A DNA stretch of 64,000 nucleotides, from the NCBI GenBank assembly GCA_002269645.1, contig NIVC01000980.1, forward strand, positions 310,001-374,000. Reading direction: 5' to 3'. Of the stretch, positions 10,901 to 24,545 are shown piece after piece (position 1 is the first letter of the stretch; every line of letters begins with the position of its first letter). The position numbers were made by a program, and so were the translations under genes. This DNA comes from Macrostomum lignano (Eukaryota). A model generated the notes under the pieces. It did not search any database. It saw nothing but the letters and a program-made list of their open reading frames with translations, and was not told the DNA's origin.

Positions 10901-13900
10901 GAATGGGTGTGGGATGGCGGCCAATCTGATCTGACTGGGGAATGGGTGTGGGATGGCAGCCAATCTGGTCTGATTGGGGAATGGGTGTGGGATGGCAGCC
11001 AATCTGGTCTGATTGGGGAATGGGTGTGGGATGGCAGCCAATCTGGTCTGATTGGGGAATGGGTGTGGGATGGCAGCCAATCTGGTCTGATTGGGGAATG
11101 GGTGTGGGATGGCAGCCAATCTGGTCTGATTGGGGAATGGGTGTGGGATGGCAGCCAATCTGGTCTGATTGGGGAATGGGTGTGGGATGGCAGCCAGTCT
11201 GGTCTGATTGGGGAATGGGTGTGGGATGGCAGCCAATCTGGTCTGACTGGGGAATGGGTGTGGGATGGCGGCCAATCTGATCTGACTGGGGAATGGGTGT
11301 GGGATGGCAGCCAATCTGGTCTGATTGGGGAATGGGTGTGGGATGGCAGCCAATCTGGTCTGATTGGGGAATGGGTGTGGGATGGCAGCCAATCTGGTCT
11401 GATTGGGGAATGGGTGTGGGATGGCAGCCAATCTGGTCTGATGGGGGAATGGGTGTGGGATGGCAGCCAATCTGGTCTGATTGGGGAATGGGTGTGGGAT
11501 GGCAGCCAATCTGGTCTGATTGGGGAATGGGTGTGGGATGGCAGCCAATCTGGTCTGATTGGGGAATGGGTGTGGGATGGCAGCCAATCTGGTCTGATTG
11601 GGGAATGGGTGTGGGATGGCAGCCAGTCTGGTCTGATTGGGGAATGGGTGTGGGATGGCAGCCAATCTGGTCTGACTGGGGAATGGGTGTGGGATGGCGG
11701 CCAATCTGATCTGACTGGGGAATGGGTGTGGGATGGCGGCCAATCTGATCTGACTGGGGAATGGGTGTGGGATGGCAGCCAGTATGGTCTGATTGGGGAA
11801 TGGGTGTGGGATGGCAGCCAATCTGGTCTGATTGGGGAATGGGTGTGGGATGGCAGCCAATCTGGTCTGATTGGGGAATGGGTGTGGGATGGCAGCCAAT
11901 CTGGTCTGATTGGGGAATGGGTGTGGGATGGCAGCCAGTCTGGTCTGATTGGGGAATGGGTGTGGGATGGCAGCCAATCTGGTCTGATTGGGGAATGGGT
12001 GTGGGATGGCAGCCAATCTGGTCTGATTGGGGAATGGGTGTGGGATGGCAGCCAATCTGGTCTGATTGGGGAATGGGTGTGGGATGGCAGCCAGTCTGGT
12101 CTGATTGGGGAATGGGTGTGGGATGGCAGCCAATCTGGTCTGATTGGGGAATGGGTGTGGGATGGCAGCCAATCTGGTCTGATTGGGGAATGGGTGTGGG
12201 ATGGCAGCCAGTCTGGTCTGATTGGGGAATGGGTGTGGGATGGCAGCCAATCTGGTCTGATTGGGGAATGGGTGTGGGATGGCAGCCAATCTGGTCTGAT
12301 TGGGGAATGGGTGTGGGATGGCGGCCAATCTGGTCCGACTGGGGAATGGGTGTGGGATGGCAGCCAATCTGGTCTGACTGGGGAATGGGTGTGGGATGGC
12401 GGCCAATCTGATCTGACTGGGGAATGGGTGTGGGATGGCAGCCAATCTGGTCTGATTGGGGAATGGGTGTGGGATGGCAGCCAATCTGGTCTGATTGGGG
12501 AATGGGTGTGGGATGGCAGCCAATCTGGTCTGATTGGGGAATGGGTGTGGGATGGCAGCCAATCTGGTCTGATGGGGAATGGGTGTGGGATGGCAGCCAA
12601 TCTGGTCTGATTGGGGAATGGGTGTGGGATGGCAGCCAATCTGGTCTGATTGGGGAATGGGTGTGGGATGGCAGCCAATCTGGTCCGACTGGGGAATGGG
12701 TGTGGGATGGCAGCCAGTCTGGTCTGATGGGGGTTTTAACTCATTAAATTTAGAACATCATGCCTTTTAACTTCAGTTGCGAATTATCTAAAGCTTAAAA
12801 AACTGTACTCACTACTATCTAAGCAGCCATTTTCAGTAGTAGCACCGCATTCACTAAGCCAGGTAATAAGTTGACTGAGAGCCCCCTGATTAAGGACCTA
12901 GCAATCGGGGTCTTAACAAGCTCTGAGTGGCTCATGCGTGTCAAGGCAGGGGCTTAGCTTACAGGTACGCGGACGGGCCCTCATTCCGACGCAGTTAATT
13001 GGCTGTTTCGAAAGAGTTCCGCCTACTTAATTTGGCAAAATAGCTCGGCCTAGGGGAAGCCGCTAGTTCGAACTTTGAAAGCAGGAAAGAAAAATTTGGC
13101 AGAAAAATACACAAAGGCGCTATAGGGGTCGGAAAAGTGAATCGTTCATGCTGAGTTGACTAAAACAGGCCTTTAGAAGGCACCGATGAAGTGCTAGCAC
13201 ACTAAGGAATTTTAAGGTGTATTAGAAGGAACAGGCTGTGCTAGAAGGGCAAGGTGTGCTAGAAGGAACAGGGTGTGCTAGAAGGGCAAGGTGTGCTAGA
13301 AGGAACAGGGTGTGCTAGAAGGGACAGGTGTGCTAGAAGGGACAGGTGTGCTAGAAGGGCAAGGTGTGCTAGAAGGGACAGGCTGTGCTAGAAGGGACAG
13401 GCTGTGCTAGAAGGGACAGGCTGTGCTAGAAGGGACAGGTGTGCTAGAAGGGACAGGCTGTGCTAGAAGGGACAGGCTGTGCTAGAAGGGACAGGCTGTG
13501 CTAGAAGGGACAGGTGTGCTAGAAGGGCAAGGTGTGCTAGAAGGAACAGGGTGTGCTAGAAGGGCAAGGTGTGCTAGAAGGAACAGGGTGTGCTAGAAAG
13601 GACAGGTGTGCTAGAAGGGACAGGTGTGCTAGAAGGGCAAGGTGTGCTAGAAGGGACAGGTGTGCTAGAAGGGACAGGTGTGCTAGAAGGGACAGGTGTG
13701 CTAGAAGGGACAGGTGTGCTAGAAGGGACAGGGTGTGCTAGAAGGGACTGGTGTGCTAGAAGGGACAGGTGTGCTAGAAGGGACAGGTGTGCTAGAAGGG
13801 ACAGGTGTGCTAGAAGGGACAGGTGTGCTAGAAGGGACAGGCTGTGCTAGAAGGGACAGGGTGTGCTAGAAGGAACAGGGTGTGCTAGAAGGGACAGGTG

Positions 13901-14321
13901 TGCTAGAAGGGACAGGTGTGCTAGAAGGGACAGGTGTGCTAGAAGGGACAGGGTGTGCTAGAAGGGACAGGTGCTGCTCACCATCCGCAGGCTGCACAAG
14001 CTGCAGCCTCTCCATGACATTCAAATGAAACTGGTTGCCAAGCTGCAGCCGGTCGAAGTCGAAGTCAAATTGAAACGGACCGACAGCAGCGAGCGACTCC
14101 GGCTGCACCTCGGCGATGCTGGTCTCAACGCAGGGGGTCGGCTGCGGCTTCACCAGCTGGTCGGCGACTTCGGTCGTCACTGCTGACGCCTCCCCGATGT
14201 GGACTGTCGGCTTTCGTTGTCGGCGAAGCCAGAGAAGCCACAGAGCGGCAGCCGCGGCGGCCAGCAGGACCGCAGCAGCGAAGGCGCAGGCGGCGGCGAG
14301 GCCGGCGTCTTCTGCTCGCAT
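7909..14321 (-). CDS. Synaptotagmin-like protein (N-terminal TM, degenerate C2, C2); 3 exons; in-frame TGA in exon 2
   Basis: Exons 14321-13982 ([31 protein letters not shown] then RRQRK, donor G|GTGAG phase 1); 10430-10023 or -10029 (acceptor cttcgcAG, C2-like [25 protein letters not shown], phase 1-1, TGA at 10410-10408); 8558-7909 (acceptor gtttt[12 protein letters not shown] motif, C2-like RGRILLE...[15 protein letters not shown]). All junctions are in phase. Canonical Ca-binding Asp residues are not evident. Confidence 0.65.
8601..9941. repeat. 24-bp minisatellite CTAATGAATCTGAGCTAATTGTTG
   Basis: About 55 units filling synaptotagmin-like intron 2. Confidence 0.97.
10437..12731. repeat. 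39-bp G-rich minisatellite GGGAATGGGTGTGGGATGGCAGCCAATCTGGTCTGATTG
   Basis: About 59 units in synaptotagmin-like intron 1; source of several 13-aa-periodic ORFs. Confidence 0.97.
13222..13972. repeat. 18/19-bp minisatellite GTGCTAGAAGGGACAGGT
   Basis: About 40 units ending 9 nt from the donor at 13981. Confidence 0.95.
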
Positions 14322-14613
14322 TTTTCTTCTTCAATTGGCCACAATTTGCTATCTCTGCTTTGCCAAGTGGCCTCGTTAAGCTTCATTTCTTAGCTAGTTG
14401 CGCCTTCTTTACTTTGCAGAAGCAGAAATCACAGATACGGATGGCCGTGCTCAAATCCTGGATTGGCGCGGCGGGTCAGCTGGGGCCGACTGGGGCTGTC
14501 TGAGTCACTATTGTGTGCCCCATTGTGCGTTTGAGTAGCGCTAGCGAGGGACAGTGAGACAGGCTTGGGTGAGGTCTAAAAATAGAACAGTTGAGAGAGA
14601 TATTCGTGTGTGC

Positions 14614-15412
<799 letters not shown>

Positions 15413-15593
15413 AGCTAACCAGCAGGCATCATGCCGCTCTGGACCAATCACAGCTGAGCTGACAGGGGAAACACAAGCTACATTCGCGCCTCATTTAAAT
15501 GCCTCAGTTCGAGCTCAGGTCCTCACTGACGATAAGGAGTCTAGGTTTCTATATTCTACAGTTACCTAATACTAGATAAACCGCTGGCGGCTA

Positions 15594-15944
15594 ATGATGA
15601 GGCATCAGACAGCCGCCCTGTTGCTAACCGCGCTTCTCTGTGTTGCTGGAGCCGCTATGGCCGGCCCGCTACGATGGCCCCAGGAGTTCGGTGAGTACTT
15701 TTTAGAGCACCTTTAGATATTCAAAAGATCTGCAATAAGATCTCTAACCCAACTGGCAGGCGTTGAAGATGACGAACTGGTGCAGCCTCCGCCTCCGCTG
15801 CCTGACTGGCCAGAAGAGCCGCTGCTTGGCACCGACTTTGGCTTCGAGGAGGTGCAGCCGCAGCCGCCGCAACAGCCGCTGATTCTGCCGCGGTTCAGCA
15901 AGAGGTGCCGACTGAATGACTACAGAGCCTGCCCGATTGGATGA
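15594..15944 (+). CDS. Neuropeptide precursor, 93 aa; predicted mature cyclic peptide CRLNDYRACPIG (vasopressin/oxytocin-like, no neurophysin)
   Basis: Exon 1 15594-15690 MMRHQTAALLLTALLCVAGAAMAGPLRWPQEF (signal peptide, donor G|GTGAGT); 69-bp intron; exon 2 15760-15944 with acidic Pro-rich spacer, dibasic KR (15900-15905), CRLNDYRACPIG, TGA 15942-15944. Confidence 0.85.
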
Positions 15945-16555
15945 ACATGGCGCTGCTTTCTCTTCTTGAAGAAAAAGTACTTTAACAATGCTCCAGCAAG
16001 CTTTGTATACAGTTGGCGATTAAAACAAGAAAATCTCTGGCGGATTGCAGTTTTGCCTGTTTTTTGCCGACTTGGGCGGTCATATTTTCTGTCTTGTTTT
16101 CTCAATGGATGGCTATAATCGCTATATTATTAGAACGGAGATCAATTACAACGCGATAACATTGTATCCATGGCAGACTCAATGGATACACCAAAGAAAG
16201 CAAAGGAATTGTTGACGAATTTTGTCAGCTGGAATTAGCTCTAGACGATTGTAATTCTGCTTATTTTCAGAGATAAGCATCTGAAGGATGAAATGGGTGA
16301 ACAAAGCAAAATTTTCCAGATAGCAATTTCAGTTTTTTTGGCACTGAATTCCAAATAAAGCAAGAAAGTGTTTCGTTAGATCGGTTCACTCAACATTTTA
16401 TGAAGAAAACGCTTGAAAAAATATTTGAAAATATGAAAAATATGAGCGACAAACCAATGTTGTGTTTTTTAAACAGATTTAGCAAAGATTTGCTTTTTGT
16501 ACTTCATGTATAACTAGCCTGATTTATCTGTGAGTACATCTCACACTAAACACAC

Positions 16556-16890
16556 AGCTTCCCCTGACACCGGACTCAGCCTCCCCTGACACCGGATTCA
16601 GCCTCCCCTGACAGCGGACTCAGCCTCTCCTGACACCGGATTCAGCCTCTCCTGACATCCAATTCAGCCTCTCCTGACATCCAATTCAGCCTCTCCTGAC
16701 ACCCAATTCAGCCTCTCCTGACTCCCAATTCAGCCTCTCCTGACACCCAATTCAGCCTCTCCTGACTCCCAATTCAGCCTCTCCTGACATCTAATTCAGC
16801 CTCTCCTGACACCCAATTCAGCCTCTCCTGACTCCCAATTCAGCCTCTCCTGACTCCCAATTCAGCCTCTCCTGACACCCAATTTAGCCT
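16556..16890. repeat. 22-bp minisatellite CAGCCTCTCCTGACACCCAATT
   Basis: About 15 units. Confidence 0.92.
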
Positions 16891-17394
16891 CATCTGACAC
16901 CCAATTTGGCACCACAAGGAAGGGCAGCTGACAGTACCAAAGTTTTGAAGCTGGTGCTCAGCCTACAGTGCATGCATGGATTTCAATACAATTGCAGAGA
17001 CTCTAATTAAACAATTATTTATTAACGATGCAATGGTATCTGTCTCCTGCTCTGCATCAGCTCAAGTAGCCAGTCGGGACTGAAGAAAAACATTGATTTG
17101 CTTTTCTCAAGCTCCCAGTCCCAGACTAAAATGTCCCAGAAATCCAAAGCACTTCAGGGAGCGCTCGTGAAACTTTAATGAACCTTGATGGATTCGACAA
17201 GTCAACTTTGCGATTCGTTTAATTGGATGCATTGTGCGGGATTCGCAAATCTCATGGTCTATTTTTATTCAACGCACTTTTGCTTTTTGGAAGTCTGCAT
17301 GGCTTCTTACTTTGAAACAATTGCTGTTGAAATTGCTTCTGGTTGCTTTGCTGTTGATTGCTATGATGATCACTGCTAGGCATTCGGTTGTTTT

Positions 17395-17690
17395 CAGTTG
17401 CTATGCTGTTGCTTGCTATATATGCCGTTGGATGCTATGCTGTTGGTTGCTAAGCCGTTGGTTGCTATGCTGCTGGTTGCTATGCTGCTGGTTGCTATGC
17501 TGTTGGTTGCTGTGTCGCTGGTTGCTATGCTGTTTGTTGCTATATATTCCATCGGTTGCTATGCTGTTGGTTGCTAAGCTGCTGGTTGCTATGCTGTTTG
17601 TTGCTATATATGCCGTTGGTTGCTATGCTATTGGTTGCTAAGTTGTTGGTTGCTATGCTGTGGGTTTCTACGCAGTGGGTTGCTATGCAG
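17395..17690. repeat. Degenerate 15-bp minisatellite TGCTATGCTGTTGGT
   Basis: Read directly. Confidence 0.85.
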
Positions 17691-19421
17691 CCGGAGTACA
17701 GTAGGCACTGAATCGAACTTCATTCAGTGCATTGCGCTCATCCTAACTAATCCGAAATTCTGTCTAAACAAGATAAGAGCTCTTTTACCTAAATGCTGAT
17801 TGACCGGGTCCTGGAAGGATAGATGGGGAAGGTACTGAGCGGTCATACTCATATCGATCCCCAGCCTGCGCTCTGGTCAGTCAGGCATTCACGCAGCTGT
17901 CATATGGAGAGCAGCTTCATTAGCCCCAGCTTGGGAGAGCTGCATAACTGGGAGAAATTTCCATATTTTATTGAAATTTTATTTATTACAGTTGCCTTAA
18001 TTATGCAGCTTGCACTTTGCTTGTGAATGATGCAATCCATTCAAACACTTGACTTCAGTGCCTGTTGGGAGTTTGAACGTAACTCAAAGCCTAATAATTT
18101 GAGTTCATTTCTCCTTTCAGCGAAATTTCCCACTGGAGCTTCTCTCGCCGGACGGATTGCGTGAGTCAAAACATTTTTTTTATAGTTTGGGATTAGTGAT
18201 TAAAATATCTCGCATATTTCTACGAGTATTTGACTTGCATGCTGCAGAGAAAAATCAGCTTGCAGATTATATAAGAATTGTTAATTCAATTCAATTTTGT
18301 GCAGTTCGTGCTTGAAATCCCTGTCGGGAGATCCATGTGGGGAAATCCCTGTCGGGAGATCCATGTGGGGAAATCCCTGTGGGGAAATCCCTTTAGGAAA
18401 ATCCCCATCGAGGAAATCTCCTGCGGGGATTTTTTTCTCGAAGCCCTTAATAAAAGAACCTTTTTAAGAACCGAAACAGTCAGTTTTGGGTTGTACAAGT
18501 TCCGGCAAAAAGGAATATGAAAAAGAATGCTGTATTTTTATTATCTGACTGAATGTATTTTATTTCTGCACTGTTCTACTAATAGTAGCTTGATGGCTTG
18601 AAGCTTGTTTGTTATCTACAATATTTATGTACGTATATCAGTATGCGTACACTGAGCTGCCACAGTTAATCAACTCCTGGCCCTACTGTTCAACTTGCCT
18701 ATTCGGCATATACGTTATACGCTATTAATACTCTGCCCGCCTGCTGCACTACTTTGCTTGGTTCAGTTCAAGCAAGTTCAATAAATTAATGAATGACTAA
18801 TTATCTTTCACTATATAGCGTAGCCATTTACACAATTTCACCCGTGTTACCCGTCATAAAGTTATTAGATATAGAGTAGTAAATACGCACGCAATTGGTC
18901 AAGTCCAAGATAACGTCTAAGTCTTACAGTCTTATTAATCTTACAGTCTAAGTCTAAGATAAGGCACTGCGAGCCCTCTGCCCGCTCAAGTAGACAAAAA
19001 TAGGTCCATCTCTCGTCGCGTCCTTTAAACCCTCTCCTTTCCTTCCCTTCTCTTCCCCAACCGACCGCCCCTCGTCGAAGCCTATGTACATTCACCAGTG
19101 TACATTGTCTTGATAAGGATGGATGGCCGCGCAAGCCTGTTTATGCAAAGAACACAACTAGACGGCACTGACTCAGTGGGCAGGAGAAGGGCAATCCCTA
19201 TTTTGCATTGTCTGCCGAGTGTGAATAAAATCATTGCACAATATTGTCGCAACCAACGTTCTTTAGCTTGACGCAAGCAAATTAATTCATTTCTCTGACA
19301 CCAACCCCAGAATACACCCTATTTTTTTATAAAAAGAACTGCCAAGGTCAAACGGAGAATATAAAAGGGCATAGAGACTAAATATAATTCACTTGTTAAT
19401 CTGCCGCTATTACGATTAAAA

Positions 19422-22400
19422 ATGACACAAGAAACCTTGCAGCAGCAGCAACAGCAACAAGTTCTCACTGTGCGCGGAGTCAATCTGACTGTCGAGGGTG
19501 GACGGCAGATTCTGCACAATGTACACCTGACGGCCAAGTCTGGATCTATGCTGGCCGTTATGGGACCCAGTGGTTAGTGAGACTGAATTGTTATTATCTT
19601 TAAAATCCAATGCTAATTTACAGAATTAACATAAGCAAGCTTAGAAACTGATCACACCTGCGAATATCAGTCCAGAGATAATCACACCTGAGAATATCAG
19701 TGCAGAGATTATCACACCTGTGAATATCAGTCCAGAGATTATCACACCTGTGAATATAACTCCAGAGAAGATCACGCGTGAGAATACCAGTCTAGAGAAG
19801 ATCAGATGTGAGAATACCAGTCTAGAGATCACACCTGAGTAATATCAATCCAGAGATTATCACACGTGAGAATACCAGTCTAGAGAAGATCACATGTGAG
19901 AATACCAGTCTAGAGAAGATCACACGTGAGAATACCAGTCTAGAGAAGATCACATGTGAGAATACCAGTCTAGAGAAGATCACACGTGAGAATACCAGTC
20001 TAGAAAAGATCACATGTGAGAATACCAGTCTAGAGAAGATCACATGTGAGAATACCAGTCTAGAGAAGATCACATGTGAGAATACCAGTCTAGAGAAGAT
20101 CACATGTGAGAATGCCAGTCTAGAGAAGATCACATGTGAGAATACCATGCAGTCTAGAGAAGATCACACGTGAGAATACCAGTCTAGAGATCACACGTGA
20201 GAATACCAGTCTAGAGATCACACGTGAGAATACCAGTCTAGAGATCACACGTGAGAATACCAGTCTAGAGAAGATCACACGTGAGAATACCAGTCTAGAG
20301 ATCACACGTGAGAATATCGCGTATCAACCGACGGACCACGGGGGGACCACGTCCAAGACCAGGATCAATAAAATATACGCTAAGTAACTAAGTAGCATGG
20401 CAAAAACTTAAACAGTAACTAAAATAATTTCTCAATAAAAAACGAATCCCCATGCAGGCTCCGGCAAGACCAGCCTCATGAACCTCATCTGCGGCAGGAG
20501 GCCGCCCTCCTCAACCATGGACGGTGAAATTCTGCTCAATAATCGAAAAGTCACTTCCCGGATGAGGAAAAGCTTTGGCTACGTTACTCAGGAGGACGTC
20601 TTTTTTAGTCAGCTCACACTCAAGCAGACTCTCTGGGTTTGTTCAACTGTCGATATTATGGGATCTCTAATTCGGGATCAATACCTGGCTAATGGGATCT
20701 CTAATTGGGGATTAATGCTTAAATGATGAGATCTCTGTTTAGAGATAAACACCTGAAAAATTGGAACAGTCTTATTATTGATTTGTGATTGCCTAAATCA
20801 CTCTTCGTTACCCTTGTCTGATTTCAGTTTTTCTCCCAGGTGAAGCTGCCCAGCTCAATGACCGCTAAAGACAAGGAGAAACGAGTTAACGAAGTCGTTG
20901 AACTACTGCAGTTGACCAAGTGCCTCGATACAAGTGAGGCTGTCCGCGATGTCTAACTAGCAGAGTTTATTGGGAGAACGATTAATTTCTGGGTGACCAA
21001 GTCAAGTTTCGGGGAAAGTGACGTCTCGCTAAGTGTCACGTTAGCCGATAACTTAGAGTCAAATTGAGCTAAAAATAGAAACGCAAAGGAATCTCCAAGG
21101 GCACTGACCTTGGTAGTCATAGTGACGCCCTTTCCCATATCCCCCGCAGAGATCGGCGGCATGTCAGATCAGGGCCTCTCAGGCGGTGAGAAGAAGCGAG
21201 CAAACATCGCCTGCGAGTTGCTGCGCAATCCCAAGGTGCTACTGCTGGACGAGCCGACCTCCGGATTGGACTCCAGCCTAGCGCTCAAACTGATGGAGAT
21301 CCTTGGCCGCTGGGTGGTTGAGCAGAGCAGCATCGTGGTCACCAGTATTCACCAGCCGTCGTCGCAGACGTTTCACGAGTTTCACGAACTGCTCCTACTG
21401 GCAGACGGGCAGATCGCCTACTCGGGTAGGCGGGAGCTGATGGTGGAGTACTTTGAGGGCATCGGGGTGCCGTTCCACAAGCACTGGAATGCGGCCGACT
21501 TCATGCGTGAGTTTGTGTGCGATCTCTAATTAGCATTGCATAATTAATTAGCTGTCACCAGGTTGTCTGCTTTTTGGGAGCAGGAGAGGGCGAGAAACTG
21601 TCACGTGTACTTATATTTACCTAACCGGATGTCAGGGGTTGTCAGATATTCTATGTCATTGTTTGTCAAGGGTGGGTTGCCAAACTGTGTCAGTTAGCAC
21701 TCAATCGAGCATCTTGAACCCGCAGTGGAGGTGGTGAAGGAGAGCTCCCAGCACAAGGCGCACATCCTTGAGAACGGCAGGCAGTTCGCGGAGCGGGCCA
21801 AGCAGGAACAGCAGCAGCTGGCATCGGCCAGCGCCTCCCAGGTGCACCTGAACCTGTCCTACCAGGCCGATGCCGGTTCCAGGCAGAACGGATTGGCAGG
21901 TCTGGACGAGGGCTCGGTGCGCATCCGGTTCACCAGTCCGGATTTCTCTCCGCAGGCGGCGGCGGCAAAACTGCAGGACGACTCTGAAGGCGTTCACCTG
22001 GTGCATGAAGTCAGCTGGTGGACTCAATTCCTAGCGCTGAGCTATCGCGGCTTCCTGGTTTCCCGGGAAGCCATCCTGTCTGTGCAGGTGCTGGTACAGA
22101 CCGCCTTTGTGGCCTTCATTGTTAGCGTGCTGTGGTTCCAGGTGGCCAAGACTGAGAATAACATTGCCGATTTTATTTCTGCGGTGAGTCGTTAACGGGA
22201 TTTGACTTCTAGTGGGGGATTTGGGATCAGACTTCTAGTGTGGGATTTGGGTTCAGGGGTTTGGGATCTAACTTCTGTTGGGGAATTTGGGATCTGGGAT
22301 CTGAATTTTAATGGGGGATCAGGGATTTCAGATTTGGGATCTGACTTTTAGTGGGAGATCTGGGATCTGGGATCCGAAATCGGACTTTTCATAGGATTTG

Positions 22401-24212
22401 GGATCTGGGATTTGAATCTGGAGTCTGGGATTGGAGCTTCAACTGGAATTTAAGCCGGGATCGCTATTTAATAATAATCATGTACATGTGCTGAAATTTT
22501 AATTAAACTTCAGATTTTCTTCCTAACAAGCTACGTAACTTTTGCACCGTTCTTCGAAGCCATAATGACGTGTAAGTCAGTTCTATAAAAACAGCATTCT
22601 TCTCTATTCCCAAGATATCCCGCGCGACCTCGTGTGACCTTTTCCTCCATTATCGCTCCCCGTTCGCATTCCCGGCAGTCTACGCCGACTTGGCCATAGT
22701 GAGGCACGAGCGCAAGTCCGGCATGTACCGCATTGGCGCTTACTACCTGGCCAAGATGGTGGTGGAGATCCCGCTGCTGCTGGTGGTGCCCATCTTCATC
22801 ATCGCGCCAGCTTATTGGTGCGTTGGCTTTGCCGACTTTAGCGCCTTCGCGGCCTTCCTAGTGGTCATCACCTTGAATAGCCTGGCCTCGCAGGTGAGCT
22901 CCGGCTGGCGGGGTAGCTCAGCAGCCAGCGTGTCAAAGTCTCTGGGTTCGAATAGGTCGAGGCTCTTGTCGTGCGATTCGTGTCCGTGAGGGCCAACCCC
23001 CCAAGGCACAGAGAGTTGTACAGAGAGATTAGAAAGTCAGGGCATCGACTGATTTGCCTTCTCGCTGGGTCCGCGCTGACAGTGGCCTTGATCTGCGGCA
23101 GCGCCCACACCCCTCCCCTTGCGAACTAACTGAATATACCGAGGGACGGGGACGCAAACACAGACACCGAGACAATGAGACACAAAGACACATAGACACA
23201 AAAACACAGCCACTGAGAAACAAAGACACCGAAAGACACCGAGACACAAAGACACCGAGACACAAATATACCGAGACACAAGGACAAAGACACTGACACT
23301 GAGACACAAAGACACCGAGACAATAAGACACAAAGACACCGAGACAATGAGACACAAAGACACCGAGACAATGAGACACAAAGACACCGAGACAATGAGA
23401 CACAAAGACACAGACAAAGACACCGAGACAATGAGACACAAAGACAGACACAAAGACGGACACTTCAAAGCTGAGAAATTCACTTCCAGTCTACTCCTCA
23501 GTAGTGAGAAAGGTTTTCCTGTCGCCAAATTCACTGTAGGGCATCGGAATCGTCTTCAGCCTCCTGTCCACCAATCCGAGAACGAACATGACCTTTGCCT
23601 TCATCTACATGATTTTCTGCTTTCTGACTGGTGAGTAGGTTTCTCAAAATTGTGTCAGTTAGCGCACTCCAGTTGGCAATGACCCGCAGCCTCCCAGATT
23701 AGAAGCAAAACCCGCAACCAACATTGCACAGGCGGATTCTTCACTAAAAGCATCCCGTTCTGGTTCGACTGGGCCAAATACCTGTCCTATATTCGCTACT
23801 GCTATCACTTCGGTCTCATAATCATACTGGAGAGGACGGACGATTTTCGGTGAGCTGTAGGAGTCAGCGGAATGAGTAGAACTGCTTTCAGAGCTGGTTG
23901 TGGGGCGATGTCGCCTGAAGGCGTTGCTCCAGGTTGCCCGCAACCCTAGCTTCTGCAAATAATTTTATACCAATCTCGCCATCATCAAATTTATTAAACA
24001 GATGCGGCGAGCCCAGCCTCTATGCGGTGTGCAATAGGAACAGCACCGCAGGAAACAGCACAGCACCGCTCACCATTCCGGGCTCAGTGATTCTCGAACT
24101 GCAGCCCGACACCATCTTGCCTGTGTGGGCCAACATTATCGTCACTGTCTGTATGTTCTTCGCCTTTCGCCTGCTGGGCTACGTGATCCTGCGCTTCTGT
24201 CGGAAAGTTTAG
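19422..24212 (+). CDS. ABCG: ABC transporter subfamily G half-transporter (white/ABCG-like), 10 exons, 647 aa
   Basis: join(19422-19572,20458-20636,20828-20933,21150-21506,21726-22183,22514-22571,22679-22893,23540-23630,23732-23849,24002-24212); all GT-AG and in phase, 1944 nt. Walker A MGPSGSGKT, Q-loop YVTQED, signature LSGGEKKR, Walker [13 protein letters not shown]-loop [13 protein letters not shown] motif, C-terminal TM helices. Confidence 0.95.
19648..20312. repeat. 30-bp minisatellite GATCACACGTGAGAATACCAGTCTAGAGAA (ABCG intron 1)
   Basis: About 22 units containing CACGTG/CATGTG and TCTAGA. Confidence 0.95.
22205..22440. repeat. Degenerate GGGATTTGGGATCT repeat (ABCG intron 5)
   Basis: Read directly. 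Confidence 0.7.
23155..23462. repeat. 24-bp repeat GACACAAAGACACCGAGACAATGA (ABCG intron 7)
   Basis: Read directly. Confidence 0.88.
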
Positions 24213-24223
24213 CGGAGCTTCGA

Positions 24224-24229
24224 AATAAA
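24224..24229 (+). terminator. Candidate polyadenylation signal of ABCG
   Basis: AATAAA 11 nt after the TAG; another AATAAA lies near 24311. Confidence 0.4.
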
Positions 24230-24235
24230 AAAACT

Positions 24236-24545
24236 CCTACCCCTCACTCTGCGCTGATTGGCTGTTGCAAAATGGCCAATATGTAACACTCATTGGACTG
24301 CCCGTCCTGATAAATAAACTGCTACCCTCACTCTGTTCTGATTGGCTGTTGCAAACTGGCATATTTCTAACCCTGATAAGTCTGTCCTGATAAATCAACT
24401 GCTACCCCTCACTCTTCCCTGATTGGGTGTTGCAAAATAGCCCATTTCTAACCCTCATTAGTCTGTCTGTCCTGATAATCCACTTCTACCCCTCACTCGG
24501 CGCAGATTAGCTGTTAAAAGGGGCCCATTTCTAACCTCCATCGAA
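24236..24545. repeat. About 83-bp degenerate repeat x4 downstream of the ABCG stop
   Basis: Recurring CTACCCCTCACTCT...TGATTGGCTGTTGCAAAA at about 24237, 24322, 24402 and 24487. Confidence 0.8.

Noticed and set aside
10373-12747. 700+ aa ORFs on both strands ([13 protein letters not shown] and similar)
   Set aside because: The 39-bp unit is a multiple of 3 and lacks stops; it is intronic between in-phase exons.
15713-15901. 62-aa minus-strand ORF
   Set aside because: Antisense shadow of neuropeptide exon 2.
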